A stretch of DNA of 64,000 bases, from the NCBI GenBank assembly GCA_963712665.1, contig CAVQIV010000005.1, positions 142,356 through 206,355 on the forward strand, written 5' to 3'. The position numbers and the translations under genes were made by a program. The notes under the pieces are model-generated. The model made no database searches and was not told the DNA's origin. It was given only the letters and a program-made list of their open reading frames with translations. Every line of letters starts with the position of its first letter. Positions within the stretch are counted from its first letter, which is position 1. Shown here piece by piece: positions 42,873 through 54,149 of this stretch. This stretch comes from Thermoanaerobaculaceae bacterium. Its GTDB lineage: Bacteria; Acidobacteriota; Thermoanaerobaculia; Multivoradales; UBA5704.

Positions 42873-45717
42873 GCGTCATAGACGAGATTGAAGGGAGGGA
42901 TCGGAGGGCGTCTCCGATTTCACGGGTGAGGGCTTCGGCGGCGGTGATCCAGGTGCTCACTTCGGCGGCCGTAGCTCCCAGGAGAACCTCGGAGCCGTCC
43001 CGCAAGCGTCCGGACGAGCGGGAGGTAGGCGGGGAGGCGGCTTCGATCCAGGCGTCGGGGAGCTTCTCGGCATCAGGCAGGTCCATTCCTTTTAGATGGG
43101 CCCGCGAGCGCAGGGCAAGCTCGACGCCTTCCCGCAGTGCGGGGAGGGCTTCGACGGGGAAGCCTCCTCCGGCGAGGACGGAGGCCATGCGGATCTTCCG
43201 TTCGGATTGGGCGAGGAGGTCGCGGGCGGCGGCGAGATTGCGGTCTCGCTGGGCGTCCTTCTCCGATCCCAGGGCTGGAGAGCGGTGAAGGAGACGGCGG
43301 TCTTCGGCGGCGAGGCGCAGGATCCCCATCCCGATCAGGCGCTCGATGGTTTCGAAGGTGGTTCGGTCGATCAGCTCCAGGGCGGCCGTTGAGTGTGTAG
43401 AGGATTGGGCGACGAGGGCTTCGAGGGCCGGTCGGTCGGTGACGGCTCCTTCCACGACGGCGAGGAGGGTTTCGCGGCCGTCCGGCGTCTTCCAGGCTTC
43501 GAGGTTGAGAAGGCGGTCGCCGAGGTGGGGGAGGAGCTCGGCGGCGAGGGGCTCGGCTGGGGGCGCTTTGGGTGTTGAGGATGTGGCGGTGATTCCAGTC
43601 AGGGCTTCCAGCCTCTCGACCAGGGCCTTGCGGCCGGAGGGGAGGGGGAGGCTGGCGGAGCCGGCACGGCCGTCGAGGACGCGGTCGGCCAGGGCCTGCT
43701 TGCCGGCGAGGAGGGGGATCATCCGGTGCTCGATGGTGCCCTCGGTGACGAGGTGGAGCACGCGGACGGCCCGCGTCTGGTGTTTGCGCCAGGCGCGGGC
43801 GATCCGCTGCTCCAGGCGGGCCGGGTTCCAGGGGAGGTCGAGGTTGATCACCACGCTGGCGGCCTGGAGATTGAGGCCCACGCTGCCCGAGTCGGTGGAG
43901 AGGAAGAGGCGGCAGTCGGGATCGTCCTTGAAGCGGCGGATCTCGGCGCGGCGGCGCATCACGGGCACGGAGCCGGTGTGCCAGGCGTAGCCGATCTCCA
44001 TCTCCTGGACGAGCTCGCGCACCAGCTCCAGCATCCGCTCCCATTCCGAGAAGATGAGGACCTTGGTGCCGGGCTCGGCCAGGGTCTCGGTGAGGATTTC
44101 CTTCAGCTCGGGGAGCTTGGGGCAGACCCGGCAGTCGGAGTCGAGGATGTAGGGGGTGTCGCAGATCATCCGCATGCAGGCGAGCCAGTTCTGGAGCTTG
44201 TCGAGCTCGTCGGGGGTGAGCGGCCGGCGCTGGGCCTGGGCCATGAGGCTCGCGACGCGCTTCTCGTATTCGGCGTAGCGGGTCACCTGCTCCTCTTCCA
44301 TGCCCACGAAGTAGTGCTTGTCGGTGCGGCCGGGGAGCTGGCCTTCCACCTCCTGCTTGCGGCGGCGCAGGAGGACGGGAGCGAGCCGCCGGTGGAGCTC
44401 GTCGAGGTTCTTGTAGCCGGCGGGCCGGCCGCGGTCGTCTAGCTCGTAGAAGTCGCGGTTGAAGCGGAAGAGGGGGCCGAGCAGGGCGGGATCGAGGAAC
44501 TGGACGATGGAGTAGATCTCGTCGATGCGGTTCTCGATGGGCGTGCCGGTGAGCACGAAGGCGTAGGGGCTCTTGAGACGCTTGACCGCGTGGGCGGTAC
44601 GGCTCTGCCAGTTCTTGATGCGCTGCGCTTCGTCGAGGACGATGACGTCCGGAGCAAGGCGCTGCTGCACGTCGTCGGCGTCGTAGAGCATCTGCTCGTA
44701 GTTCGCGAGATAGAAGAAGGAGCCGGGGCCGTACTGCCGGAGGCGCTGGGCGCGGGGGCCGAAGACGATCCGCGACGGCAGGTCGGTGAAGCGGGCGATC
44801 TGCTCCTCCCACTCGGCCTTGAGCGAGGCCGGGGAGATCACCAGCACCCGCTCGACGTTCTTGAGCTTCCGCAGCAGGGCGCAGGCGGCGATGGCCTGGA
44901 CGGTCTTGCCGAGGCCCATTTCGTCGGCGAGCAGGGCCCGCTCGGTGAAGGCGAGGTGGAGCATGCCCTCGCGTTGATAGGGATAGAGGGGGAGCTTGAC
45001 CAGGTCCAGGCTCTCCCGGCCGGCGCCGGTGTCTGGGAATTCGGCCAGGAAGCGCTCGCGGGCCTTGCCCCGTGCGGCCCGGCGGCTCTCGTCCTCCAGC
45101 CAGGGGAGCAGGTAGCGGGAGAGCCGGATGCGTTCGCGCACCCGCGGTGGCGCCGCGGTGAGGGCCCGGGCGAGCTCCGGGAGGAGGATCAGGGGATCGC
45201 CGCGCAGCGCGCCGCTTGGCAGGAAGAAGCGATCCACCAGGGCGTAGGCCCCGGACCGGCGCGAGCCCGCCGGCCACTGCACCCTCACCTCCGGCCGCTC
45301 GCCGGCGCGGCGGAGGAAGACTTCGATGCGCGTATTGTCCCGCCCCTCTCGCGCGGCCTTCGGCATGCGCACCCGGTTCAGGACGGCTTCGACGTGCTTG
45401 CAGGTGCCGAGGCCGTTCACCTGGAAGTCCGGACAGCCGCAGGAGTTGTCGTGCCGGGTGAGGGAGCGGATCTCGACCTCGTAGGAGCTTCCCCCCTCCG
45501 AGCCGACGCGGAAGGTCCCGAACACGGGGTGGCCGGGCTCGATCGCCTCGATCGCGAGGGGCTCGGTCGTGGCCCGCTGCCGGCGGCGCTCGATCTCCTC
45601 GTCGTCGGTGGTGCGCCAGCCCTGGAGGCGGAGGGCGGGCTTCTGAATGGCTTTGTGGGAGTTCGGGCCGGGGGACGTGGAGATTCTCGGCATGGCGGGC
45701 TTTTTACCATAAGCCAT
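42859..45717 (-). CDS. SNF2-family helicase with N-terminal SWIM zinc finger (952 aa)
   Basis: SWIM motif CGCPDFQVNGLGTCKHVEAV. SNF2 motifs LADEMGLGKT, DEAQRIKN, LTGTPIEN, and helicase-C GSVGLNLQAASVVINLDLPWNPARLEQRIARAWR. The frame is intact. Confidence 0.9.
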   Translation of the reverse strand: MAYGKKPAMPRISTSPGPNSHKAIQKPALRLQGWRTTDDEEIERRRQRATTEPLAIEAIEPGHPVFGTFRVGSEGGSSYEVEIRSLTRHDNSCGCPDFQVNGLGTCKHVEAVLNRVRMPKAAREGRDNTRIEVFLRRAGERPEVRVQWPAGSRRSGAYALVDRFFLPSGALRGDPLILLPELARALTAAPPRVRERIRLSRYLLPWLEDESRRAARGKARERFLAEFPDTGAGRESLDLVKLPLYPYQREGMLHLAFTERALLADEMGLGKTVQAIAACALLRKLKNVERVLVISPASLKAEWEEQIARFTDLPSRIVFGPRAQRLRQYGPGSFFYLANYEQMLYDADDVQQRLAPDVIVLDEAQRIKNWQSRTAHAVKRLKSPYAFVLTGTPIENRIDEIYSIVQFLDPALLGPLFRFNRDFYELDDRGRPAGYKNLDELHRRLAPVLLRRRKQEVEGQLPGRTDKHYFVGMEEEQVTRYAEYEKRVASLMAQAQRRPLTPDELDKLQNWLACMRMICDTPYILDSDCRVCPKLPELKEILTETLAEPGTKVLIFSEWERMLELVRELVQEMEIGYAWHTGSVPVMRRRAEIRRFKDDPDCRLFLSTDSGSVGLNLQAASVVINLDLPWNPARLEQRIARAWRKHQTRAVRVLHLVTEGTIEHRMIPLLAGKQALADRVLDGRAGSASLPLPSGRKALVERLEALTGITATSSTPKAPPAEPLAAELLPHLGDRLLNLEAWKTPDGRETLLAVVEGAVTDRPALEALVAQSSTHSTAALELIDRTTFETIERLIGMGILRLAAEDRRLLHRSPALGSEKDAQRDRNLAAARDLLAQSERKIRMASVLAGGGFPVEALPALREGVELALRSRAHLKGMDLPDAEKLPDAWIEAASPPTSRSSGRLRDGSEVLLGATAAEVSTWITAAEALTREIGDALRSLPSISSMTLDVI

Positions 45718-45796
45718 GATGTTCGTGTGCGAACGGAGTTAATATACCTCTGTTCCGGGGGCCGACGGGTGGTGTTCCGGCGCGACGGAGGTATGG

Positions 45797-47359
45797 ATGA
45801 AGAAGACTCCAGAGGAGATTTTCGAAGGCCTGGCTTCGTGCGCTCGCGAGCCCATGGCTGAGATGACCGAGATGGCGGAGGAGGTCACCACCCCGAGCCT
45901 GCTGACGGGAGAGGGGGTCACTCTCGCGCAGATCGAGGCCTTCGCCCGGGCGGCGGTGGACTTCGTTGCCGCCACGGCCCGGCAGCTCCTGAGCGGCGGC
46001 GATCTCGTGCGGATCGAAGCACCGGAAGGGATCGGGCCTGCTCTGCGCCACCTCGTCGTCATGCGGTCGCGCCAGGGGCTCTCCCTGGCCTTCTTCCATG
46101 ACGAGGCGGCTCGGGAAGCGTTCCGAGGCGACGAGCCCCTGGACGAGCAGTGGATCCTCTTCCTGGAGCCTCTCCCGGAGATCCCCCTGGCCGACGCGGA
46201 ACTCTGGCAGCAACACGGGCTGCCCCTGTGCGGGGAGGAGGAGCTCTGTCCGGTGCCCGTGCTCGTTCGCCATGGCATGACGTTCCGGCCCGACGCCTGG
46301 GAGCTCGCGTTTTTCGAGGGGCTGCTTAAGGCCCTGGCCGCGAGCACGGAGGAGGAGGTGGACGCGGGGCGCTGGGAGAAGGAGACGGAGACCCACCTGG
46401 GACGGCTGCGCTTCGTCTTCTCCCTGCCCGACCTCCTCGCCCTGGCCGCGAGCGAAGAGCCGCCGAGCCGCCCGGCGCTGGTGTTGGAGTGCCTCGTGGA
46501 GAAAAGGCGCAGGTCCCTGGCCGAGTGGTTCGGCGTCTCCGAGGAAGAGGTGGCGGCTCTCCTGGAGAGCTATCAGCATCCTCCGGATGGACGTGATCCC
46601 GACGATCCGGTCCACCAGCTTCTCGACGCCGCCGAGATCCTGGGCGGCCGGCGGTCGGTCCTCTTAGCGCGGCGCGCGCTCGCGCTCCAACCGGACTGCA
46701 GCCAGGCATACCTGTTGCTCGCCGAAGCCGCTCCCGATGCCGCGCAGGCGCTCGAGCTGTACGACCGGGCGCGAGCCCTCGCCGAGCGGGACCTCGAGCC
46801 GGAAAGGGAAGGGGTGGCCCTGGACCACGTCCTGCGGTCCCACCAGGGAATGGCGCTGGCGCTCTGCGCCCTGGACCGTCTGGAGGAGGCGGTGGTCCAC
46901 CTGCGCGAGCTGCTGCGTCTGGATCCCGAAAACCTCTTCGAAGCGCGGGACCGGCTCGTCTCCGCTTTGCTCCTCTTGGGCCGGGACGAGGAGGCGGCCG
47001 GTCTGGTCGAAAGCTCACCCGAAGAGGGCTCGACCGCGCAGGTCTACACCCGAGTCCTCCTCGCCTTCCGCCGGGAGGGGGACACGCCTGCGGCCCGCCG
47101 GGCTCTTCTCGACGCTCTGCGCGTGAACGCCGTCGTACCGAGCGTCCTCCTGCCGCGCGTCGAGCTCTCCCTGCCGGAGTCGCTCGTCTTCGCGGACGAC
47201 GATTTCGACGCCGCCGAGTACGTCGAAGTCACCGGGACCGCGTGGCGGCGGACGTCGGGGGCTCTCGGGTGGCTGGCTGAGTGTCTCGGGGTCGGGGCGA
47301 CTTGCCCTTCGAAGCCTCACCCCCGGCCCCTCTCCCGGGGGGAGGGGGGACTTGGTTGA
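45797..47359 (+). CDS. hypothetical protein with C-terminal TPR-like repeats. The last ~19 codons are contributed by a repeat element
   Basis: Intact 520-aa ORF with TPR-like helices (QAYLLLAEAAPDAAQALELYDRARALAE..., EEAVVHLRELLRLDPEN). The tail ...GATCPSKPHPRPLSRGEGGLG is encoded by the left arm of the palindromic element at 47301-47350. Confidence 0.65.
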   Translation: MKKTPEEIFEGLASCAREPMAEMTEMAEEVTTPSLLTGEGVTLAQIEAFARAAVDFVAATARQLLSGGDLVRIEAPEGIGPALRHLVVMRSRQGLSLAFFHDEAAREAFRGDEPLDEQWILFLEPLPEIPLADAELWQQHGLPLCGEEELCPVPVLVRHGMTFRPDAWELAFFEGLLKALAASTEEEVDAGRWEKETETHLGRLRFVFSLPDLLALAASEEPPSRPALVLECLVEKRRRSLAEWFGVSEEEVAALLESYQHPPDGRDPDDPVHQLLDAAEILGGRRSVLLARRALALQPDCSQAYLLLAEAAPDAAQALELYDRARALAERDLEPEREGVALDHVLRSHQGMALALCALDRLEEAVVHLRELLRLDPENLFEARDRLVSALLLLGRDEEAAGLVESSPEEGSTAQVYTRVLLAFRREGDTPAARRALLDALRVNAVVPSVLLPRVELSLPESLVFADDDFDAAEYVEVTGTAWRRTSGALGWLAECLGVGATCPSKPHPRPLSRGEGGLG

Positions 47360-47502
47360 AAGGGTGGAGCTTGTAGGGTGTGCTGTGCGCACCTTGGATG
47401 TCTTTGAAGATACGCAGAGCGCACCCTATGGCAATCCCGCCCGCCTGAGTCCCCCCTCTCCTCCCGGGAGAGGGGTCGGGGGTGAGGTTTCGAAGGGCAA
47501 GC
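47301..47502. repeat. MITE-like palindromic element: ~50-bp inverted arms (47301-47350 / 47450-47502) around a ~99-bp core
   Basis: The left arm is cttgcccttcgaagcctcacccccggcccctctcccggggggagggggga. The reverse complement of the right arm is gcttgcccttcgaaacctcacccccgacccctctcccgggaggagagggggga. Each arm also contains its own CCCCTCTCCC/GGGAGAGGGG hairpin. The core holds a second inverted pair (tagggtgtgc...gcgcaccctatg). Confidence 0.75.
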
Positions 47503-47673
47503 GGCCAAAGTCAGCACGGACTTCTGAGACACCCGCTGAGCCGATCCCTCCGATACACTCCCCCCGCCCCCCGCTGACCGCGGGCGGCCCCAGGCCCCTT
47601 TCGGGGGGCGATCCCAGTCGCATCCAGGTTCCCCAGGAACGTTCTCGGAGGCTCTTTCCCGGAGGAGATCGTC

Positions 47674-48847
<1,174 letters not shown>

Positions 48848-48850
48848 ACC

Positions 48851-49725
<875 letters not shown>

Positions 49726-49729
<4 letters not shown>

Positions 49730-50388
49730 TCCACCGCATCCCCGGCACCGGCTGGCTGGCCTTGATCGGAGGCGGCGAGTTCAGCTTCGGGGAGACGGAG
49801 GATGCGGATCGCGCCTGGCTGGAGAGGGTGCCGCCCGGGCCGATCGGATTCATCCCTGCGGCTTCGGGGTCGAACGACTATCCCCGCCATTTCGCGGAGT
49901 ACATGGCGGATGTCGGCCGTGAGGTGGAGACCATCCCCATCTACCGCTCGCGGGACGGCCGGCGGGGGCGCAACTCGGAGCGGATTCGGGACGTGGCGGC
50001 CGTCTACATCGGCGGCGGCGTGACGGACCACCTGCTGGAGGCGATCGAGGACACGCCGGCTGCCGAGGCCCTGGCGAGGAAGATCGCCGACGGCGGAGTG
50101 GTGGTGGCCATCGCCGCCGCGGCCCAGTGCGCGGGCCGGTTCGCCCGCAGCATCTTCAAGGGCGATCTCATCCCCGGCTTCGGCTGGCTGCCGGACGGCG
50201 TGGTGGAGCCCAATTTCGATCCCGGTCACGACCGCCGGCTGCGCAAGATGCTGGCCGGCACGGGTGTGGCCTGGGGATTGGGAATCCCCGCCGGCTCGGC
50301 CGTGCTGCTCGGTCCGGACGGCGTGGTGGAGCTGGTGGGCGAGGTGTTTCGCATCGAAGGGGCGGAGGGGGACATCGAGGCGGTGTAG
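49726..50388 (+). CDS. cyanophycinase/peptidase-E-like (S51, class-I glutamine-amidotransferase-like fold) protein, apparently lacking the nucleophile Ser
   Basis: [19 protein letters not shown]...[18 protein letters not shown]...[15 protein letters not shown]. The layout resembles S51 enzymes, but the G-x-S-A-G position reads A-I-A-A-A. The ATG overlaps the sucD stop (ATGA). Family call is from memory. Confidence 0.4.
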
Positions 50389-50422
50389 GATCAAACCAAC
50401 TTTTAGGGAGACGACGAAACTC

Positions 50423-50845
50423 ATGCAGACCACTCTCGCCATTCTCAAGCCGGACACCGTGGCGGCCGGCAATGCGGGCAAAGTCCTTGCCCATCTGGAG
50501 CAGGAGGGCTTCACCATCCGCGGGCTCAAGGTCCTGCGGCTCACGGAGACGCAGGCCAAGGCATTCTACGAGGTGCACAAGGAGCGGCCGTTCTATGGCA
50601 GCCTGGTGGAGTTCATGACCAGCGGCCCGGTGATCCCGGTGGCCCTGGAGCGCGAGGACGCCGTCACCCATCTCCGCAAGGTGATGGGGGCCACGGACGT
50701 ATCCAAGGCCGAGGAGGGGACGATCCGCAAGCTGTATGGCACCTCAATCGAGCGCAACGCCATCCACGGCAGCGACTCGCCCGAGAACGCCGTCATCGAG
50801 CAGTCTTTCTTCTTCTCGCGCGCCGAGCTGCTGGCGGCGCGCTAA
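50423..50845 (+). CDS. ndk: nucleoside diphosphate kinase
   Basis: TLAILKPD...FYEVHKERPFYGSLVEFMTSGPVIPVALERE...GTIR...NAIHGSDSPENA includes the catalytic His motif (NxxHGSD). Confidence 0.95.
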   Translation: MQTTLAILKPDTVAAGNAGKVLAHLEQEGFTIRGLKVLRLTETQAKAFYEVHKERPFYGSLVEFMTSGPVIPVALEREDAVTHLRKVMGATDVSKAEEGTIRKLYGTSIERNAIHGSDSPENAVIEQSFFFSRAELLAAR

Positions 50846-50861
50846 CGTCCTGGAAACGGCC

Positions 50862-51158
50862 ATGTACCGAATGCCTCACGCCGCGCCCGAGAGCCAGGTT
50901 GCCGAAGAGCGTCGGGGCCGCACGATCGGCCGCTTCTGCCTGGTGTGCTCCACCATCTACCCGTTGGGTCGTTTGAGGCACACCGGCAAGGGGATGTACG
51001 GCCGCGATCACATCGCCTCCCCCTGCGCACACGAGGGGGAGGTGCTCGAGCCGGGCGCGGACTGGTGGGAGCCGGCGGTGGAGATCGTTCCCGAGGCTTT
51101 GAAGGCCGGCCCCGCAGAGCTGGTGGCGGGCTCGCCCGCCAAGGGGACGGCACCGTAG
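50862..51158 (+). CDS. hypothetical Cys/His-containing small protein (98 aa)
   Basis: An ORF with the internal ATG chosen just after the ndk stop. CLVCS...H...C.H suggests possible metal binding. No family recognised. Confidence 0.4.
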   Translation: MYRMPHAAPESQVAEERRGRTIGRFCLVCSTIYPLGRLRHTGKGMYGRDHIASPCAHEGEVLEPGADWWEPAVEIVPEALKAGPAELVAGSPAKGTAP

Positions 51159-51186
51159 AGGTCGAAAGGAGGTTCATCCACCCGGG

Positions 51187-52848
51187 ATGAGCGTCGCAAG
51201 CTCCCAGCCTCGGGCCGCCCCGTCCACCGGCGCGGCCTTCGCCTACCACCGCACCAGCCGCCTCGCGGAGTGGTTTGGAGGGGGGAGGGGAGTGCGTCTG
51301 GCGGTGTCGTTCTCCGTCGGGCTCGCCGGTGAGCTGATCCGGGGATGGAGCGGCGGAGTGCTGTTCCCGCTGACTCCGGCCATCTCCCTGGCCTCAGGCG
51401 TCCTCTTCGGAGGATTGGGGATCCTCGGCGCCGGGCTCGGCCAGCTCGCGGCGGTCTGGTTCCTGCTGCGGGATTTCCCCAGCGCTCTCCTGCTCGCCGC
51501 ATCCTTCGCCTGCACGGGTATCGCCGGCTGGCTCGTCTTCCGCTTCGTCCCCGGGCTCGGACGGGGGCTCCTCGATCTCCGCTCATTCCTCTGGCTCTTA
51601 GCCGCTGGACTTGCCGGCGGCCTCGCGGGATCCCTCCCCGCGTTCCTTCCTTTTCACCTGCTTCCCCCCAACGAGGCTCCGGGCGACTGGGTCTGGGCTC
51701 GCGTCTCGGGCGCCCTGGTGAGCGTGGCCCTCCTCGCTCCGCCCCTCCTGATCCTGGCGGACCGCTGGGCCCAACGCTGGATGGTGCCGCTCCCGAGCAA
51801 GGTCCTGGATCTCTCCTCACAGCCGGAGCGGGAGGTCCCCTTCACGGGCGAGGAGACGGTGGTCCTCCCCGCTCCGGCTCCCCCGAGCAAGCAGGACCTC
51901 GGGCTGGCGATCGGGGCGGCCATGGTGCTGTCCGCTTCGGTCGTGGCCTTGTCGCTGGCCCGGCTCCTTCCCGGGGGCAGCGGCTGGGCGGTCCTCCTCT
52001 ATCTGCTGCCGGTCCTCTGGGCGGCTCTCAAGTACGGTCTGCGGGGCGGCATTCTGGCGGCATCGGTCTCCGGCGTCTGCCATCTCGTGGGGCTGGCGGT
52101 CCTGGCCCTGGATTCCGGAGCGTCCGGGCTGGGCAACGAGGTGTGGTCCGGCCGGGCGGACCTCCTCATCCTGTCGCTGGCCGGAGCGCTCGTGGGCTGG
52201 TCCCGGCAGCGGGAGCTCGCCTTGAGGGAAGAGCTGGTGGAGATGAACCGGCTCCTGCGCCGGGACCTGGTGCGGGTCTCGGACGCCCTGATCCACGCCA
52301 TCGAGGCCAAGGACCTCTACACCGGCGGCCACCTGCGGCGGGTGAGCGAGTACGCAGTCGCCGTAGGGGAGAAGCTGGGGCTGCGGGGGCGGGACCTGGA
52401 GACGCTTCACTATGCGAGCCTCCTTCACGACGTGGGCAAGCTGGGGGTGCCCGAGTCGGTGCTGCGCAAGGAGGGGCCTCTCGATCCCATGGAGACCGAA
52501 GTCATGCGCCGGCATCCGGAGATCGGAGCGCGGATGCTGGAGAAGCTGGACCTGCTGGCCGGTTCCGCGCCGCTGGTGCTCCACCATCAGGAGCGCTATG
52601 ACGGCGATCTGGACGGCCAGCATCCGGGCTATCCACGGGGGCTCGCCGGAGAGCAGATCCCCCTCGGGGCCCGCATCATCGCCGTGGTGGACGCCTTCGA
52701 CGCCATGACCACCACCCGTCCCTACCGGGAGGCCCTGTCCATGGACGAGGCGGCCGCCATCCTCCGCCTGGAACGGGGCCGGCAGTTCGATCCCAAGGTC
52801 GTGGACGCGTTCCTGGACTCCCTGGCCGAGCGGCCATGGCGGGCGTGA
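51187..52848 (+). CDS. membrane-bound HD-GYP domain c-di-GMP phosphodiesterase-type protein
   Basis: Multiple N-terminal TM helices, then YTGGHLRRVSEYAV...LHDVGKLGVP...HHQERYDG...HPGYPRGLAGEQIPLGARIIAVVDAFDAMTTTRPYR. Confidence 0.85.
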   Translation: MSVASSQPRAAPSTGAAFAYHRTSRLAEWFGGGRGVRLAVSFSVGLAGELIRGWSGGVLFPLTPAISLASGVLFGGLGILGAGLGQLAAVWFLLRDFPSALLLAASFACTGIAGWLVFRFVPGLGRGLLDLRSFLWLLAAGLAGGLAGSLPAFLPFHLLPPNEAPGDWVWARVSGALVSVALLAPPLLILADRWAQRWMVPLPSKVLDLSSQPEREVPFTGEETVVLPAPAPPSKQDLGLAIGAAMVLSASVVALSLARLLPGGSGWAVLLYLLPVLWAALKYGLRGGILAASVSGVCHLVGLAVLALDSGASGLGNEVWSGRADLLILSLAGALVGWSRQRELALREELVEMNRLLRRDLVRVSDALIHAIEAKDLYTGGHLRRVSEYAVAVGEKLGLRGRDLETLHYASLLHDVGKLGVPESVLRKEGPLDPMETEVMRRHPEIGARMLEKLDLLAGSAPLVLHHQERYDGDLDGQHPGYPRGLAGEQIPLGARIIAVVDAFDAMTTTRPYREALSMDEAAAILRLERGRQFDPKVVDAFLDSLAERPWRA

Positions 52849-53507
52849 AACCGAGCGTGAAGCGGAATCCCCTTCCAGTCGTGGACGCGGCTCCCGGCTG
52901 GGAGGCCCTCGACCATCATCTCCTTGAAGTTCGGGGCTGCCGGATCTGCCCCACGGTGGAGCCGCCGCCGGTCGCGGCCCGGCCCGAGACCTGGCCGCGG
53001 CTGATGCTGGTAGGCCAGGCGCCGGGGCCGAAGGAAGTGGTGGAGCAGCGGCCCTTCGCCTACACGGCGGGAACGCGCCTCTTCTCCTGGTTCGCTCGCT
53101 TCGGAGTCTCGGAAGAGGAGTTCCGCCGCCGGGTCTACATGTGCGCCGTGGCCCGCTGCTTCCCCGGTCGGGCGCCCCAGGGGGGAGACCGCGTCCCCAG
53201 CCCCCAGGAGATCGCCAACTGCGCTCCCTATCTGGAGACGGAGCTGCGGCTCATCCGTCCCGCCACGGTCCTCGCCGTGGGCCAACTCGCCATCAAGGTG
53301 TTCCTCCCTGAGCCCGCGCCCCTCCAGGAGCGGGTGGGGAGCCGTTTTCAGGTGTCGCGGGGAGATGTGACCTTCGAGGTCATCCCCCTGCCACACCCCT
53401 CGGGACGGAGCACGTGGCTGGTGCGGCCGGAGAATCAGGAGCGGTTGGAGAGGGCATTGGAGCTGGTGCGGGGGAGCGTGGGGTGGCGGGAGACGTTCCT
53501 GGGTTAG
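52836..53507 (+). CDS. uracil-DNA glycosylase superfamily protein
   Basis: LMLVGQAPGPKE...FAYTAG..L...VYMCAVARCFPG...LAVGQLA...PLPHPSGRSTW matches the UDG-fold motifs (GQAPG, HPS). The start overlaps the HD-GYP gene end by 13 nt. Confidence 0.7.
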   Translation: MAGVKPSVKRNPLPVVDAAPGWEALDHHLLEVRGCRICPTVEPPPVAARPETWPRLMLVGQAPGPKEVVEQRPFAYTAGTRLFSWFARFGVSEEEFRRRVYMCAVARCFPGRAPQGGDRVPSPQEIANCAPYLETELRLIRPATVLAVGQLAIKVFLPEPAPLQERVGSRFQVSRGDVTFEVIPLPHPSGRSTWLVRPENQERLERALELVRGSVGWRETFLG

Positions 53508-53537
53508 AATTCCCCCGCTTCTTCAGGAGGGCTGTCC

Positions 53538-53780
53538 ATGGATTCTTCAAAAGTCGAGCAAGCCATCCTCGCTCGCTTCAAGGAGCGGTGCCACACCGCG
53601 GGCGCGATTCAGGCCGGCTATGGCATGAGGGCGCAGGCCATCCGGATCGTGCTGCCTCCCGGTACGGACGTCGAGTCGATCCTCAAGGGGATGGTGGAGA
53701 AGGGGTGGCTGAAGGTCAATCCGACGGGAACTTGGTATTACCTGACGGCGGACGGGGCGGAGCGGGTGAAGGCGGCGTAG
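53538..53780 (+). CDS. small hypothetical protein (80 aa), possibly winged-helix
   Basis: Clean ORF with an upstream ggagg. No motif recognised. Confidence 0.45.
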   Translation: MDSSKVEQAILARFKERCHTAGAIQAGYGMRAQAIRIVLPPGTDVESILKGMVEKGWLKVNPTGTWYYLTADGAERVKAA

Positions 53781-53932
53781 GGAGACGAAGATTACGACCA
53801 AGATTCCCATCGAGTCCGGTTGGACCCCCGAGAAGATCGACGAGGCTTTGAAGGTCGAGCCGATGACGGGAGCGGAGATCGTTGCGTCCGGTTTGCTGGG
53901 AGGCTGGGCGGACGAGGGAATCGCGGACAGTG

Positions 53933-54115
53933 CTACTCGGGTGGAGGAGCAGCGTCGGAAGAGGCGTGAGCGGTTCCGGTAGTCTCTCGGCGCTCTTCCT
54001 CCCGGCGCTCCCGGATCAATTCTGCGACCAGATCCACGTCGGGAGCCAAGTTTCGGTAAAGCCCTTTGACCTTCTTGACCTGTTCCTTCAGGTCTGGGTT
54101 ACCCTTGTGGGACAT
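53933..54115 (-). CDS. small charged protein (60 aa), antitoxin-like tail
   Basis: MSHKGNPDLKEQVKKVKGLYRNLAPDVDLVAELIRERREEERRE... The internal ATG was chosen because the upstream part of the 92-aa track ORF is G/W-rich and overlaps the ABC gene end. Weak call. Confidence 0.3.
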   Translation of the reverse strand: MSHKGNPDLKEQVKKVKGLYRNLAPDVDLVAELIRERREEERRETTGTAHASSDAAPPPE

Positions 54116-54149
54116 AGTGACAGTGTACCCTGAGATCATCGCCCACGTT

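Noticed and set aside
43073-45277. 734-aa minus-strand ORF in another frame of the SNF2 gene, and the plus-strand ORFs 43726-45861
   Set aside because: These are shadow frames of the intact SNF2/SWIM helicase ORF. The products are extreme Arg/Pro/Gly low-complexity sequence.
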